Of a stretch of 64,000 nucleotides of DNA, positions 39,205 to 48,847 are shown piece after piece. Both the position numbers and the translations under genes were made by a program. Under the pieces are notes generated by a model. That model saw only the letters and a program-made list of their open reading frames with translations. It made no database searches and was not told the DNA's origin. Positions within the stretch are counted from its first letter, which is position 1; each line of letters starts with the position of its first letter. Source of the stretch: Candidatus Cloacimonetes bacterium HGW-Cloacimonetes-2 (lineage in GTDB: Bacteria; Cloacimonadota; Cloacimonadia; Cloacimonadales; Cloacimonadaceae); contig PHBP01000001.1 of the NCBI GenBank assembly GCA_002842035.1, positions 39,674 through 103,673 on the forward strand. Reading direction: 5' to 3'.

Positions 39205-40311
39205 TTAGAAACCGAACCAGGGTCCGATCGAGAAGTGCAATCCCTGCAGGGGAGTATTGGGCGAAGCAGCGATATCAAAGTCATTTCCGCTACCATCGAT
39301 CAATTTCCATCCATCTTCCGGAGCATAACCATAGCTGTAGCCAACCTCGGCTCTTACTGCGAGCCAGGGCAGGACACGATAAAGCAGTTCAGCTTTGGGC
39401 TGCACAGCCAGAAATGAACGGCTCAATCTAACGCTGGAATTGGCTGTCTGTACGACTGTGCCATTGATATCACCCCAGTTATAGTTTCCATTGGAGTGTG
39501 TAATGCTGATGGAGTGGTCTGCCGCACCCAGCATCAAGCCAAGTGAACCGACGAAATTCTTGGCAAGCGGAATTCTCTTGTCTATAGTAACTCCACCAAA
39601 GCTGAGGGAATACCTCATCGTGGTGTTGTAGCCTGCAAAAGCAGGATCAGGATCGGCTTTGGTGCGCTTGTAATTATATCCCATCCCGATTCCACCGATG
39701 AAGATGCCTTTGCCGACATTACCTTTACCGGCTCCGCCTTGCAGGAGGATACCGTTCTCGGGAAGAGGATCAAAACCCATCTGGCCGATCAGAGCGTTGA
39801 TGTCATCAAAATCCTGCATATAATAAGCCGGAATCCAGCCACCGCCGCCAAAGCCTACGTAGGCTCTTTTGGGAGCTTGATTCTCTGCGTCATCCATATC
39901 AGAAGAGATCTGCATCGGAGCACCAAGCATCATCGAAATAGTCTGAATCCCGCCATCTCTGAAGACCTCGATATCCACTTCATCACCGGCAAGGTAGTTC
40001 GTCGTCATTTGCATAAAAGCAGCTTTGTCGGCTATTCTCTGACCCTCCAGGCTCATCATTATGTCTTCTGCTTCGAGACCATATACTTCAGCAGGAGAAT
40101 CTGCGACAACTCCTCGGATCACAATACCATAATTATTGGGATATTCCAGTTCGTCTATGTCATCCTCTGTGATATCATCGAGATAAATACCGAAATATCC
40201 GGGTTGACTTTGGGTTGTGCTGACCAGCATCGGGTTTTCCCCCCGGGCAAAAGCGGGAGTCACCAATCCCAAAACTAAGAGAGTAATAATCATAATAAAT
40301 ACGTTCTTCAT
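39205..40311 (-). CDS. Secreted PDZ-domain protein with C-terminal beta-barrel-like region
   Basis: Signal peptide MKNVFIMIITLLVLGLV (ATG 40311 after ggagg). PDZ-like GIVIRGVVADSPAEVYGLEAEDIMMSLEGQRI. Gly/Tyr-rich strands ending GPWFGF. Confidence 0.6.
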   Translation of the reverse strand: MKNVFIMIITLLVLGLVTPAFARGENPMLVSTTQSQPGYFGIYLDDITEDDIDELEYPNNYGIVIRGVVADSPAEVYGLEAEDIMMSLEGQRIADKAAFMQMTTNYLAGDEVDIEVFRDGGIQTISMMLGAPMQISSDMDDAENQAPKRAYVGFGGGGWIPAYYMQDFDDINALIGQMGFDPLPENGILLQGGAGKGNVGKGIFIGGIGMGYNYKRTKADPDPAFAGYNTTMRYSLSFGGVTIDKRIPLAKNFVGSLGLMLGAADHSISITHSNGNYNWGDINGTVVQTANSSVRLSRSFLAVQPKAELLYRVLPWLAVRAEVGYSYGYAPEDGWKLIDGSGNDFDIAASPNTPLQGLHFSIGPWFGF

Positions 40312-40343
40312 TCTAACCTCCATGGTTCTTGTCATTTATAGTC

Positions 40344-40372
40344 AATATAGCTTTATCTGAGTACTCTGTCAA
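40344..40372 (-). promoter_or_regulatory. Sigma70-like promoter of the PDZ-OMP gene
   Basis: Minus strand: TTGACA (40367-40372), exactly 17 nt spacer, TATATT (40344-40349), about 33 nt upstream of the ATG. Confidence 0.55.
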
Positions 40373-40558
40373 TGTAAATTTTGACTTTTGCTATTGGGGG
40401 GATCGGTTTGGCCATTCTGAAAGCTATTTTACGATCCATATATGGGACAAGACACATTTCTCCTGAGAGATCGTGCCGATATCCATGATAATCCAGTTTA
40501 GGAATGCATATTGCATCTGAAAGAGACAGAAGAATACTCAAGTTTCTAAGGAAATAGA

Positions 40559-43441
40559 ATGATGAAAAGACTATACTTGATCCTTATCCTGCTAGCTTTG
40601 GGCTATAGCTTGATGGCTCTGGAAATCACAGCCTTCCGGACCGAGGAACTTAGCCGCTTTTTGGGCGGTTCCAGCCCCTACGAAACAGCCAGCCAACTCT
40701 CCTCCCGCGGAGTTGAGATATACTATTACAACGAATTGTCGATGATCTGCGGGCTAAATCCCCAGCTCAATCAGGACTATTCCGAGCTAAATTCAACCAG
40801 AATTCCCAGCCCCTCACGCAGTGAAAGGCTGTATCTCGTCACGAAACTTCCCGATCGGGAGCTTCCTACAGGGCTGGATATAGTGCTCGATCTGGGTTCA
40901 TCAGTCCTGATCAGAAGCACTCTCAATGAAGAAGCACTCACTCGACAGATTGTGCATCCCTTTGTAGTATTCGATCTTGCTCCGATGAAGTTCAACCGCT
41001 CGGAAGCAGTTCCATCCGCCACCTTACAAGAGACCAGGACCTCTATCCTGCAAATGACTCAGGCAGTAAGTGCAGACTCTGTGCTTGCCTTTATCCAGGC
41101 ATTGCAAAACTTCCAGACCCGCTATGCTTTGGCGGACAACCGCCTGGCAGTCGCCACCTGGATCAAAAACCAATTCCTGCGCTTTGGGATCAGCAATGCT
41201 GAGTTGTTTCCATTTACCTGGAACAACACCGATCAATACAATGTTGTCGCTACCATCCCCGGCACGGTTAACCCCGATGAATACATCATCGTAGGCGGAC
41301 ATCACGATTCTATCACAGGTACTACTCCCTACCAGTTTGCTCCGGGAGCAGACGATAATGCCAGTGGTTCCGTAGCTGCTCTGGAGATGGCTCGGGTAAT
41401 GATGGCAACAGGATTCCAGCCCAAGTGCAGCATCCGCTTTATGACCTTTGCCGCAGAGGAATTTGGGCTCTGGGGAGCCAAGGCTTATGCCAATCACGCC
41501 GAGGCAAACGACCTGCAGATCCGCCTGATGGTCAATCACGATATGATAGCTAACAGCAATGAAAACCCCGCAACCTGGCGCGTGAGACTGATGCCCTATG
41601 AGGGATCGATGCCTCAGAGTGACTATGCGGTGCAACAAACCGAAGAGTTTACCACACTCAATGCCGTCTTTGGCTCTGCCAACAGCGCTTCCAGCGACAG
41701 CTATCCTTTCTGGCAGAAAGGCTATCCGGTGATTTATTTCTTTGAATATGAATTCTGCCCATATTACCACAGTGATCTGGATATCACCGCCAATCTCAAT
41801 CCCACCTACTGTGCCGAGGTCATCCGAGCCTCAATCGCCAGCACAGCAGGTTACTCGATGATGCCTGCTACACCGCAAAACGTGGAACTCGTAGATGCAG
41901 GGAACGGCAACCAACTGATCATAAGCTGGAATCCATCCACGGATACGGACATCAGCTATTACAACGTCTATTACTTCACCCAGGGTAACCCCGCCATCGG
42001 TCCCTTTCCTGTGACAGACAATTCCTACACAGTCAGCGGCCTCACTGAGGGCGTGGAGTACACTCTTCAGGTAGCATCAGTTGATGCTGTAGGCACGGAA
42101 AGCTACCGCATTAGCCGCACCGGGACACCCCAAGTCATCCCTGCTATGCCTACTGAATTCAACGAGACTCCCATCCTTGGCGGTATCGGCTTAGACTGGG
42201 CACCCAATACGGAAGCAGATTTTGCCGGCTACATTCTTTACCGCAGCCTGGTTCCCGGACAGATTGGCTCTCCTGCCCATACTGGAATGCTAACTGAGCC
42301 TACTTACACAGACACAAATGTCAACAGCCAGGATGGCTATTACTATTACACCGTGATCGCACTGGATCTTTCCGGGAATCCCTCGCCTTATTCAGCAACC
42401 GTCTCCAGCCGTCCCATCACCTTGGACAGAGGAGTCCTGATCATAGACGAAACAAAGAACTTTACGACCGAAAATCTCTTTCAGATACCGGATCAGGCAG
42501 CTGATGATTTCTATCTCGCCTGCTTGGGTGATCTACCCAGCCAACAGCTTGACCTCGAGAGCTTTGAGCCCCTGCTTCGCCTGGCAGATATTGGTGTATA
42601 TTCCTCGATCTTGTGGCATGGCAATGACGCCAGCGAGATGGACTATGTGAATATCGTCAAAGACCAGCTAAAAGCCTATGTAGCGGCTGGTGGAGATATA
42701 CTATTCAGCGTTATCGCCCCTTCCCTGGTCACTCCCAATGCCGGAAACGACCCCTTCTCAAGCGCTTGTATGGGCTTTACCGGAGTGGATTACAGCACTG
42801 CAGCTCGCTTTAAGTATGCCAATAGCGCTGCCCCGGGAATCCCCTCGCTCAGCGTTGATCCTCTCAAAGCTCCAGCCAGTATGAATGGACATATCTTTAG
42901 AGTCGAAGGGATGATCCCTGCTGCCGGCGCAAATACCTTACTCACCTTTGGCTCAGATTATGGCGACCAGCAGACTCAGGGACAGCTAAATGGCCTACCC
43001 GTGGGACTGCATAAGCAGTATGGTGAGGGCGAGGTAGTTACCCTCAGCTTCCCACTTTATTATATGATGCAAGATCAGGCGACTGCCCTTGTCCAGCACG
43101 TTTTTACAAACATCTTTGGCGAAAGCACGGATAACAACGATCCCGGGCTCTCCCCCACGCCGATGCTGTCGCTTAGCACCGCCTATCCCAATCCCTTTGG
43201 ACAAACTACCAGCTTTTCCATTAGCTCCAAAGATAGCTCCAGCCCTGTCAATATCGGTATTTACAACCTGCGTGGACAGCTTGTAAAGACCATCCTGAAT
43301 GACCTCTTGACCACCAAGACGAGCCTCTTGAGCTGGGATGGTCGTGATGATTTGGGCAGAGCTTGCGCCACCGGAATCTATTTTATCAGGGCAAAACAAG
43401 GCACTGATCAGAGCAGCAGAAAGCTCGTTCTGATGAAGTAA
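40559..43441 (+). CDS. Secreted M28-family aminopeptidase with FN3-like domains and T9SS C-terminal sorting domain
   Basis: M28 zinc-ligand blocks VGGHHDS, GADDNASGS and FAAEEFGLWG. FN3-like PATPQNVEL..ISWNPS..YNVYY. CTD AYPNPFGQTTSFSI..GIYFIRA..LVLMK. Confidence 0.85.
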   Translation: MMKRLYLILILLALGYSLMALEITAFRTEELSRFLGGSSPYETASQLSSRGVEIYYYNELSMICGLNPQLNQDYSELNSTRIPSPSRSERLYLVTKLPDRELPTGLDIVLDLGSSVLIRSTLNEEALTRQIVHPFVVFDLAPMKFNRSEAVPSATLQETRTSILQMTQAVSADSVLAFIQALQNFQTRYALADNRLAVATWIKNQFLRFGISNAELFPFTWNNTDQYNVVATIPGTVNPDEYIIVGGHHDSITGTTPYQFAPGADDNASGSVAALEMARVMMATGFQPKCSIRFMTFAAEEFGLWGAKAYANHAEANDLQIRLMVNHDMIANSNENPATWRVRLMPYEGSMPQSDYAVQQTEEFTTLNAVFGSANSASSDSYPFWQKGYPVIYFFEYEFCPYYHSDLDITANLNPTYCAEVIRASIASTAGYSMMPATPQNVELVDAGNGNQLIISWNPSTDTDISYYNVYYFTQGNPAIGPFPVTDNSYTVSGLTEGVEYTLQVASVDAVGTESYRISRTGTPQVIPAMPTEFNETPILGGIGLDWAPNTEADFAGYILYRSLVPGQIGSPAHTGMLTEPTYTDTNVNSQDGYYYYTVIALDLSGNPSPYSATVSSRPITLDRGVLIIDETKNFTTENLFQIPDQAADDFYLACLGDLPSQQLDLESFEPLLRLADIGVYSSILWHGNDASEMDYVNIVKDQLKAYVAAGGDILFSVIAPSLVTPNAGNDPFSSACMGFTGVDYSTAARFKYANSAAPGIPSLSVDPLKAPASMNGHIFRVEGMIPAAGANTLLTFGSDYGDQQTQGQLNGLPVGLHKQYGEGEVVTLSFPLYYMMQDQATALVQHVFTNIFGESTDNNDPGLSPTPMLSLSTAYPNPFGQTTSFSISSKDSSSPVNIGIYNLRGQLVKTILNDLLTTKTSLLSWDGRDDLGRACATGIYFIRAKQGTDQSSRKLVLMK

Positions 43442-43458
43442 ATCTATAATGCAACAGT

Positions 43459-43490
43459 GAAGCCCGGACTTTTCTCCGGGCTTTTTTTTA
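43459..43490 (+). terminator. Rho-independent terminator of the M28 gene
   Basis: agcccgga-cttttc-tccgggct followed by tttttttt. Confidence 0.85.
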
Positions 43491-43516
43491 TAATCGGATT
43501 GCTTATGCTCGCCGCT

Positions 43517-43630
43517 TCAATGGATGCTCCTATCCTGCTTCTACCCTGCTTCTATCCTGCTTGAATCCTGCATGAACAAGAATGATACGACTGTCCTACA
43601 ATGCTTTATGATATTTCCATCGATAAGGGG
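43517..43630 (+). repeat. Intergenic repeat family B, copy 5
   Basis: ggatgctcctatcctg cttctaccctg cttctatcctg cttgaatcctg catgaacaagaatgata..cctacaatgctttatga. Confidence 0.8.
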
Positions 43631-43644
43631 CTGTATAGCAAAGA

Positions 43645-44415
43645 CTAAACGTTGACTTCCACAAAGACCGGGCAATGGTCGCTGCCCATAATGTCCTGAC
43701 GGATTCCTGCAGTTATCACCCGGGGCAGATCTTCTTGATTAACAAAGAAATAGTCTATTCTCCAGCCAACGTTTCTGGAGCGCGCTGCTGTACGGTAGCT
43801 CCACCACGAATACTCCTCGGGATTTTGGTTGAAGTGCCTGAAAGTATCGACCCATCCGAGCGCTACCAGCTTATCAATCCAGGCTCTTTCGATGGGCAGG
43901 AATCCTGAGATCTTCTCATTTTCCTTGGGATTTGAGAGATCAATCTCCTTGTGTGCGGTGTTGACGTCACCGCTGATCAAGACCATCTTGCCGGTCTTGC
44001 GCTTTTCCTCCATCACCTCCAGGAAGCGATCGTAAAAGCGTAGTTTATAGTCTAAGCGTTCATCGCTCTGCGCTCCATTTGGGAAATAGATTGAGAAGAG
44101 GATAAACTTGTCGTACTCAGTGATAATGATGCGGCCTTCATTGTCAAATTCAGCGATCCCGATGCCGTATTCCACCTTGATCGGAGCAATCCTGGTGAGT
44201 AGAGCTGTGCCGGAATAGCCTTTGCGCTCTGCGTGGCTGTAATACTGCTGATACTTATCCAACTCTGCCATCTGGGGTGGAATCTGGTGTTCCTGCAGCT
44301 TGGTCTCCTGCAATCCAATGATATCAGGGCTTTCCTTTTGGATGGTGTCGATGAAGTCTTTATTCATCACAGCCCTCAGTCCGTTTACGTTCCAAGACCA
44401 TATTTTGAGTCGCAT
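43645..44415 (-). CDS. xth: Exodeoxyribonuclease III
   Basis: MRLKIWSWNVNGLRA, QETK, and C-terminal SDHCPV; 256 aa. Confidence 0.92.
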   Translation of the reverse strand: MRLKIWSWNVNGLRAVMNKDFIDTIQKESPDIIGLQETKLQEHQIPPQMAELDKYQQYYSHAERKGYSGTALLTRIAPIKVEYGIGIAEFDNEGRIIITEYDKFILFSIYFPNGAQSDERLDYKLRFYDRFLEVMEEKRKTGKMVLISGDVNTAHKEIDLSNPKENEKISGFLPIERAWIDKLVALGWVDTFRHFNQNPEEYSWWSYRTAARSRNVGWRIDYFFVNQEDLPRVITAGIRQDIMGSDHCPVFVEVNV

Positions 44416-44613
44416 CTATACCTCTTGTCAGTTTTCTATCTTGAGTGAGTATTACTGCTACAGCGTGATAAACTGATCTGTCAAGCTTCTTTTTGGGGAT
44501 GGAGCTTTGCTCGTCTTAGGATGTTCATCCCGAACGAGCCGGGTCCTGCAGTTTGCTTCGGCAGCATCTTTGATTATCATTATAGGAAATAGTTAAAAAC
44601 AGAGGAGACGTTT

Positions 44614-45507
44614 ATGAAGACTAAAATCACTGTATTGGCAGCGCTTATCATCCTGTCAGTTAGTATCCTTGGTGCTCAGAATTGGACACTGAAAGGTGAT
44701 GTGAATTTCACAGCGACACAGAATGCCTACAGCAACAACTGGGCAGGCACGGAGAATGGATCGATCACTTGGGTTGCCGGCTCAAATATGAGTGCTGAAA
44801 AGCAGCTATCTCCACTCTTTTTCAATATCAATACTCTGAAGCTTGCTTTTGGGCAGACACATCAGCAAAAAGAACGTACTGATATCCTCGGCAATACCGA
44901 GAGCTATTGGGCTCATCCGGAGAAATCTACAGATAAGATCGATGCCGAAGCCTTGATGAAGATGACTATGCAGACCTTTGTGAATCCTTTTATGGGGCTG
45001 AGGGCAGAGAGTCAGTTTCTGGATATGTCTGATCCCTCCCTTACCAGGATCATCAATCCGATCAAGTTTACCGAATCTGCCGGTATCACACGTAACTTCA
45101 TCCAAAGAGGTAACGAGCTCTGGACTGCCAGGTTTGGCGCAGCTTTCAGGCAAAACCTCAATCGTGATGTATTGGTGAGCGTTCTCCCGGAAGAACGCGA
45201 ACTGCAAACCACTGTGGATGGAGGTCTGGAATTCGTCTCTGAATACAAGAACGTCTTTGCTCCCTCAAATGTAAGCTATAGCAACAAGCTACAGATTTAT
45301 CAAGCTCTATTCAACAGCCGCAGTGACGAGTATCAGCACGAGGAATGGAAATCTCCCGATCTGAATTGGGAACACACCCTTGGACTCAAGCTGATCGGCG
45401 CTTTATCACTCAATCTCTACCTGCAATTGCTCTACGAAAAGGAACAAGTAGCAGAGCTGCAGTTCAAAGAGACAATGGGCTTGGGATTCTCCTATAACCT
45501 GTTCTAA
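44614..45507 (+). CDS. Secreted/outer-membrane protein of unknown function (DUF3078-like)
   Basis: Signal peptide, an N-terminal block ..NFTATQNAYSNNWAGTENGSI.. that I remember as typical of DUF3078, a beta-strand pattern, and an aromatic C-terminus YNLF. Confidence 0.5.
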   Translation: MKTKITVLAALIILSVSILGAQNWTLKGDVNFTATQNAYSNNWAGTENGSITWVAGSNMSAEKQLSPLFFNINTLKLAFGQTHQQKERTDILGNTESYWAHPEKSTDKIDAEALMKMTMQTFVNPFMGLRAESQFLDMSDPSLTRIINPIKFTESAGITRNFIQRGNELWTARFGAAFRQNLNRDVLVSVLPEERELQTTVDGGLEFVSEYKNVFAPSNVSYSNKLQIYQALFNSRSDEYQHEEWKSPDLNWEHTLGLKLIGALSLNLYLQLLYEKEQVAELQFKETMGLGFSYNLF

Positions 45508-45525
45508 AATACTCTTAACAAAGCA

Positions 45526-45560
45526 AAAGCCGGAACTATATGCTCCGGCTTTCGTTTTAT
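45526..45560. terminator. Hairpin terminator between convergent genes
   Basis: aaagccgga-actatatgc-tccggcttt followed by cgtttt; A-rich on the other flank. Confidence 0.7.
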
Positions 45561-45571
45561 CTATAACTGCT

Positions 45572-46501
45572 CTAGCTGGTAAGAGACTTGATCCAGAGTG
45601 GGATCATAATCTCGTGATGCCCGATGAAGTAGTAACCCTTGCCGCCTGTTTCTACGGGACGCCGTGTCACATTCTCCAAGGCACGGTACTGCATATTCAT
45701 ATCAAAGACTGCAGTAGTGAAGTTCTTTAGTTTACCGCTAATGTTACGAGCCACAGTGAGTGCTTTGAGAAAGACTTCCGGGATGATCACTGCGCTACCA
45801 AGATCGACAAAGACACCGCCTTCGTCCAGCTCCAATAGCTGATTGCAGAGGATACGAAAGTCCCGGTGCGAGCAATCACCTATCGCCTTACCATCCGCAC
45901 AGGGTGTCTGATGCACGATATCTGTCCCCATCCCGACGTGCACAGTAACCGGAATCTCGTGCTTATATGCCTGTGCCAGCAGGGAGTTCTCCGGATTTGG
46001 TGCCTTCTCAAGCAATTCCTTGCCCAAGACTTCACCAAAGCCAAGCTCATCCTTACTGCCTTGAGTAATCACTGAATTGATACCGTAGGTTGTCTCAAAA
46101 ACCATCCCGAAACTACCATCAGCGAGAGCTTTGGAGACATCCTCCGAAGTCTTGCCAAACATAGCAAGCTCATAATCGTGGATTGCGACCGAACCATTGA
46201 TCACAAAGCAAGATACCAGCTTCTGCTCCATCATCTCGATCAACAAAGGTGCCAAGCCACACTTGATAACGTGACCCCCCATCCCGATGATAATTGGCTT
46301 CTTCATCTCGATAGCTTGTTTGCAGCGAGCGATGAACTCCTTGAAATCAGATGCTTTCAGGATGTCCGGAAGACAGTCCAGAAAAGCTCCTGTCTCCACC
46401 TTGCCTTTCCTGGCATAGGCAGAGGGCTCGACCTTGCTGGGGCGGTCTTTTACCGAGTAAACGTTTATATCAAAAAGATTTATCTCTTTGTAACGGCTCA
46501 T
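45572..46501 (-). CDS. Deoxyhypusine synthase-like (DHS-fold) protein
   Basis: Blocks IIIGMGGHVIKCGLAPLLIEMMEQKLVSCFVINGSVAIHD and AYKHEIPVTVHVGMGTDIVH resemble DHS-family NAD-binding segments. The assignment is from memory only. Confidence 0.4.
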   Translation of the reverse strand: MSRYKEINLFDINVYSVKDRPSKVEPSAYARKGKVETGAFLDCLPDILKASDFKEFIARCKQAIEMKKPIIIGMGGHVIKCGLAPLLIEMMEQKLVSCFVINGSVAIHDYELAMFGKTSEDVSKALADGSFGMVFETTYGINSVITQGSKDELGFGEVLGKELLEKAPNPENSLLAQAYKHEIPVTVHVGMGTDIVHQTPCADGKAIGDCSHRDFRILCNQLLELDEGGVFVDLGSAVIIPEVFLKALTVARNISGKLKNFTTAVFDMNMQYRALENVTRRPVETGGKGYYFIGHHEIMIPLWIKSLTS

Positions 46502-47055
46502 ACTGACTCCTTGATTGGTTTCCCGAGATAACGGTCACGTTCGCTGAATATGCAGCCACAATACTGCTGACGATACATCCCGGCTGCTTTGGAAAGCTCT
46601 ATCCCCTTGTTCCACAAAGGACGGAAATCCTCGTAATAAAAGTCAACTTCATAGCGCATTGCCATTTCAGAGGCTATAGCTTTGATCATCTCATGCTTCT
46701 GATAGCGACTGTAAAGCAAGGTAGTACTAAAGGCATCGAAGCCTCGTTCCTTGGCTGTCCTGGCAACAGCTTCCAGACGGTGACGATAGCAGAATTCACA
46801 CCTATCCTCAATCGAGCCGTCAATCCCGGTCACAAACTCGTCGATCCCGTATTGATCGATCTCAATCAACGGTATAGCTTCCTTTTGAGAGAATTCCCTG
46901 AGGGCATCCAAACGCTTGCGATACTCCGTGTAAGGATGTATATTGAGATTGTACCAAAAGGCAGTAATCTCATATCCATCCTCACGAAGCTTGTAATAAG
47001 GCGATATCAGGCAAGGCGCACAACACGTGTGCAATAGGATCTTAGCTGCGGACAT
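46498..47055 (-). CDS. queH: Epoxyqueuosine reductase QueH (DUF208)
   Basis: LLHTCCAPC near the N-terminus and QQYCGCIFS near the C-terminus. I took the start at MSAAKILL (47055), not the listed upstream start. Confidence 0.8.
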   Translation of the reverse strand: MSAAKILLHTCCAPCLISPYYKLREDGYEITAFWYNLNIHPYTEYRKRLDALREFSQKEAIPLIEIDQYGIDEFVTGIDGSIEDRCEFCYRHRLEAVARTAKERGFDAFSTTLLYSRYQKHEMIKAIASEMAMRYEVDFYYEDFRPLWNKGIELSKAAGMYRQQYCGCIFSERDRYLGKPIKESV

Positions 47056-47380
47056 GATGCGGCAATTCCCCGGGATAAACGATGGACATCTCCACCAATC
47101 CGGCGATCTCGCCATCCTTGAGCCAGGCTTGCTGATAGATCAGCTTGCGAAGCCCGTTTTTCTCTATAGTATAAGCATTTGCCTTGCCCGTAATGAGCAG
47201 TTCCCTGATCTTGGCATTGCAGTGCTCCGGATGGTAATCATAAAGATTCTTGCCGATCAGTTCCGCACCGCCATCAGCAGCAAAGGTGGCAATTGCCTTG
47301 TCGTTCATTTCCGTGATGATCCCGTCCTTATCACAGACAGTAATCGCCACGTCAAATTCTTTGATCCACTCGTGCATCAA
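47042..47380 (-). CDS. Stand-alone PAS-domain protein
   Basis: 112 aa. The pattern ITVCDKDGIITEMNDKAIATF..GKNLYDYHPE..., followed by a beta-sheet segment, fits a PAS fold. It overlaps both neighbouring genes, so it is probably translationally coupled. Confidence 0.6.
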   Translation of the reverse strand: MMHEWIKEFDVAITVCDKDGIITEMNDKAIATFAADGGAELIGKNLYDYHPEHCNAKIRELLITGKANAYTIEKNGLRKLIYQQAWLKDGEIAGLVEMSIVYPGELPHHVRS

Positions 47381-48522
47381 TATTCCTTCAAAAGATTGGC
47401 TGCCACGATACCGCGCTGGATCTGATTGGTTCCTTCATAAATCTGGAGGATTTTGGCATCACGCATCATCTTCTCGACAGGATATTCCTTCATATAGCCA
47501 TATCCACCCAGGATTTGAACCGCATCAGTGGTGACTTTCATAGCAACGTCGGATGCATAATACTTGCACATTGCACTTTCTTTGGAATAGTTCTTTGATC
47601 CGCTATCGACCATTCTGGCGGTCTGCATCACGAGAGCTCTGGCAGCTTCGATCTGAGTCGCCATATCAGCCAGCATAAACTGCACAGCCTGGAAGCTGGA
47701 GATCGGCTTGCCAAACTGCTGACGCTCTTTGGAATACTTCACCGCGGCTTCAAAAGCGCCTCTGGCAATACCCACTGCCTGGGCTCCCACCATCGGACGG
47801 CTCTTGTCAAAGACCTTCATAGCAGTGATAAAACCGGTGCCTTCGCGACCGAGCAGGTTTTCTGCAGGAACTTTACAATCTTCAAAGATCAGTTCTCTGG
47901 TCGCAGATGCACGGATACCCATCTTGTTTTCTTTTTTGCCAAAGCTAAAGCCGGGAGTGCCCTTTTCCACTATAAAGCAGGAGCAGCCACGCGGACCTTT
48001 GGTCTTGTCAGTCATAGCAAAAACCGTGTATATACCGGCTTCTCCGCCGTTTGTGATCCACTGCTTGGTGCCATTGAGGATATAATAATCGCCTTCTTTG
48101 CGAGCTGTAGTCTCGATTGCGCTGGCATCGCTGCCGGCATTGGCTTCGGTAAGCGCGAAAGCAGCAAGCTGTTCACCCGCCGCAATCTGGCTGAGATACT
48201 TCTGTTTTTGCTCTTCGGAGCCAGAAATCAGGATAGGATACATTCCCAGCCCGGTAGCTCCAAAAGCCAAAGCAATGCCTGCATCAACTGCGCAAAGCTC
48301 TTCCGTCACGACTGCCAGATCGACGACCTTGCCGCTGATGCCATCGTATTCTTCAGGGATCAGGATGGCAAAGAGATCGCTTTGCTTCATCACTTCAACG
48401 ATATCCCAGGGGAAGATACCCTCTTCGTCATATTTTTCTGATAGAGGTTTCATTTTTTCGAGTGCAATCCGGCGAGCCAAATCCCGCATTTCAATCTGAT
48501 CTTCAGTTAAAAAGTAATCCAT
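47377..48522 (-). CDS. Acyl-CoA dehydrogenase (short/butyryl-chain type)
   Basis: FALTEANAGSDA, QWITNGG and QILGGYGYMKEYPVEKMMRDAKI..IYEGTNQIQ. Confidence 0.92.
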   Translation of the reverse strand: MDYFLTEDQIEMRDLARRIALEKMKPLSEKYDEEGIFPWDIVEVMKQSDLFAILIPEEYDGISGKVVDLAVVTEELCAVDAGIALAFGATGLGMYPILISGSEEQKQKYLSQIAAGEQLAAFALTEANAGSDASAIETTARKEGDYYILNGTKQWITNGGEAGIYTVFAMTDKTKGPRGCSCFIVEKGTPGFSFGKKENKMGIRASATRELIFEDCKVPAENLLGREGTGFITAMKVFDKSRPMVGAQAVGIARGAFEAAVKYSKERQQFGKPISSFQAVQFMLADMATQIEAARALVMQTARMVDSGSKNYSKESAMCKYYASDVAMKVTTDAVQILGGYGYMKEYPVEKMMRDAKILQIYEGTNQIQRGIVAANLLKEY

Positions 48523-48610
48523 TATAATCTCCTGATAATATTAGTATTTAGAGCATTGGTAAATTCCAGCACAATGCCTTATCGTGTCAAGTCATCTTTT
48601 AGCTGTCCTT

Positions 48611-48700
48611 TGATCATCAGCATATCACCAGCAAATCAAGCCGAAATCACCTCGAACCACGTTCGACTTGATTTGCTCTTGATATGCTCTTGATCTGCTT
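48611..48700 (+). repeat. Intergenic repeat family A, copy 3
   Basis: tgatcatcagcatatcaccagcaaatcaagccgaaatcacctcgaac-cac-gttcgacttgatttgctcttgatatgctcttgatctgct. Confidence 0.85.
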
Positions 48701-48787
48701 TTGACTAAAAGGATGCAGGGAATGATATAGCTCTATGTCTTAATAGTGGAATTGCTTGTGAAAAACCAGACAATTCCATTGACATAA

Positions 48788-48816
48788 TTGGCAAAGCTCA
48801 GAGACTTGTCTAAAAT
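48788..48816 (+). promoter_or_regulatory. Sigma70-like promoter of gcvPA-gcvPB
   Basis: TTGGCA (48788-48793), 17 nt spacer, TAAAAT (48811-48816), about 32 nt upstream of the ATG at 48848. Confidence 0.5.
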
Positions 48817-48847
48817 AGTAATTTTCGCAGTAATAAAGGAGTTAGAA

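Noticed and set aside
40353-40541. 62-aa minus-strand ORF between the PDZ-OMP and M28 genes
   Set aside because: It lies in a divergent promoter region, overlaps the predicted PDZ-OMP promoter, and has no RBS or motif.
48701-48847. Glycine riboswitch upstream of gcvPA
   Set aside because: I looked for the tandem aptamer hallmarks (GGAGAG...CACCG / ACCGAAGGGGCAA-type cores) and found none. The leader downstream of the predicted -10 is only about 30 nt.
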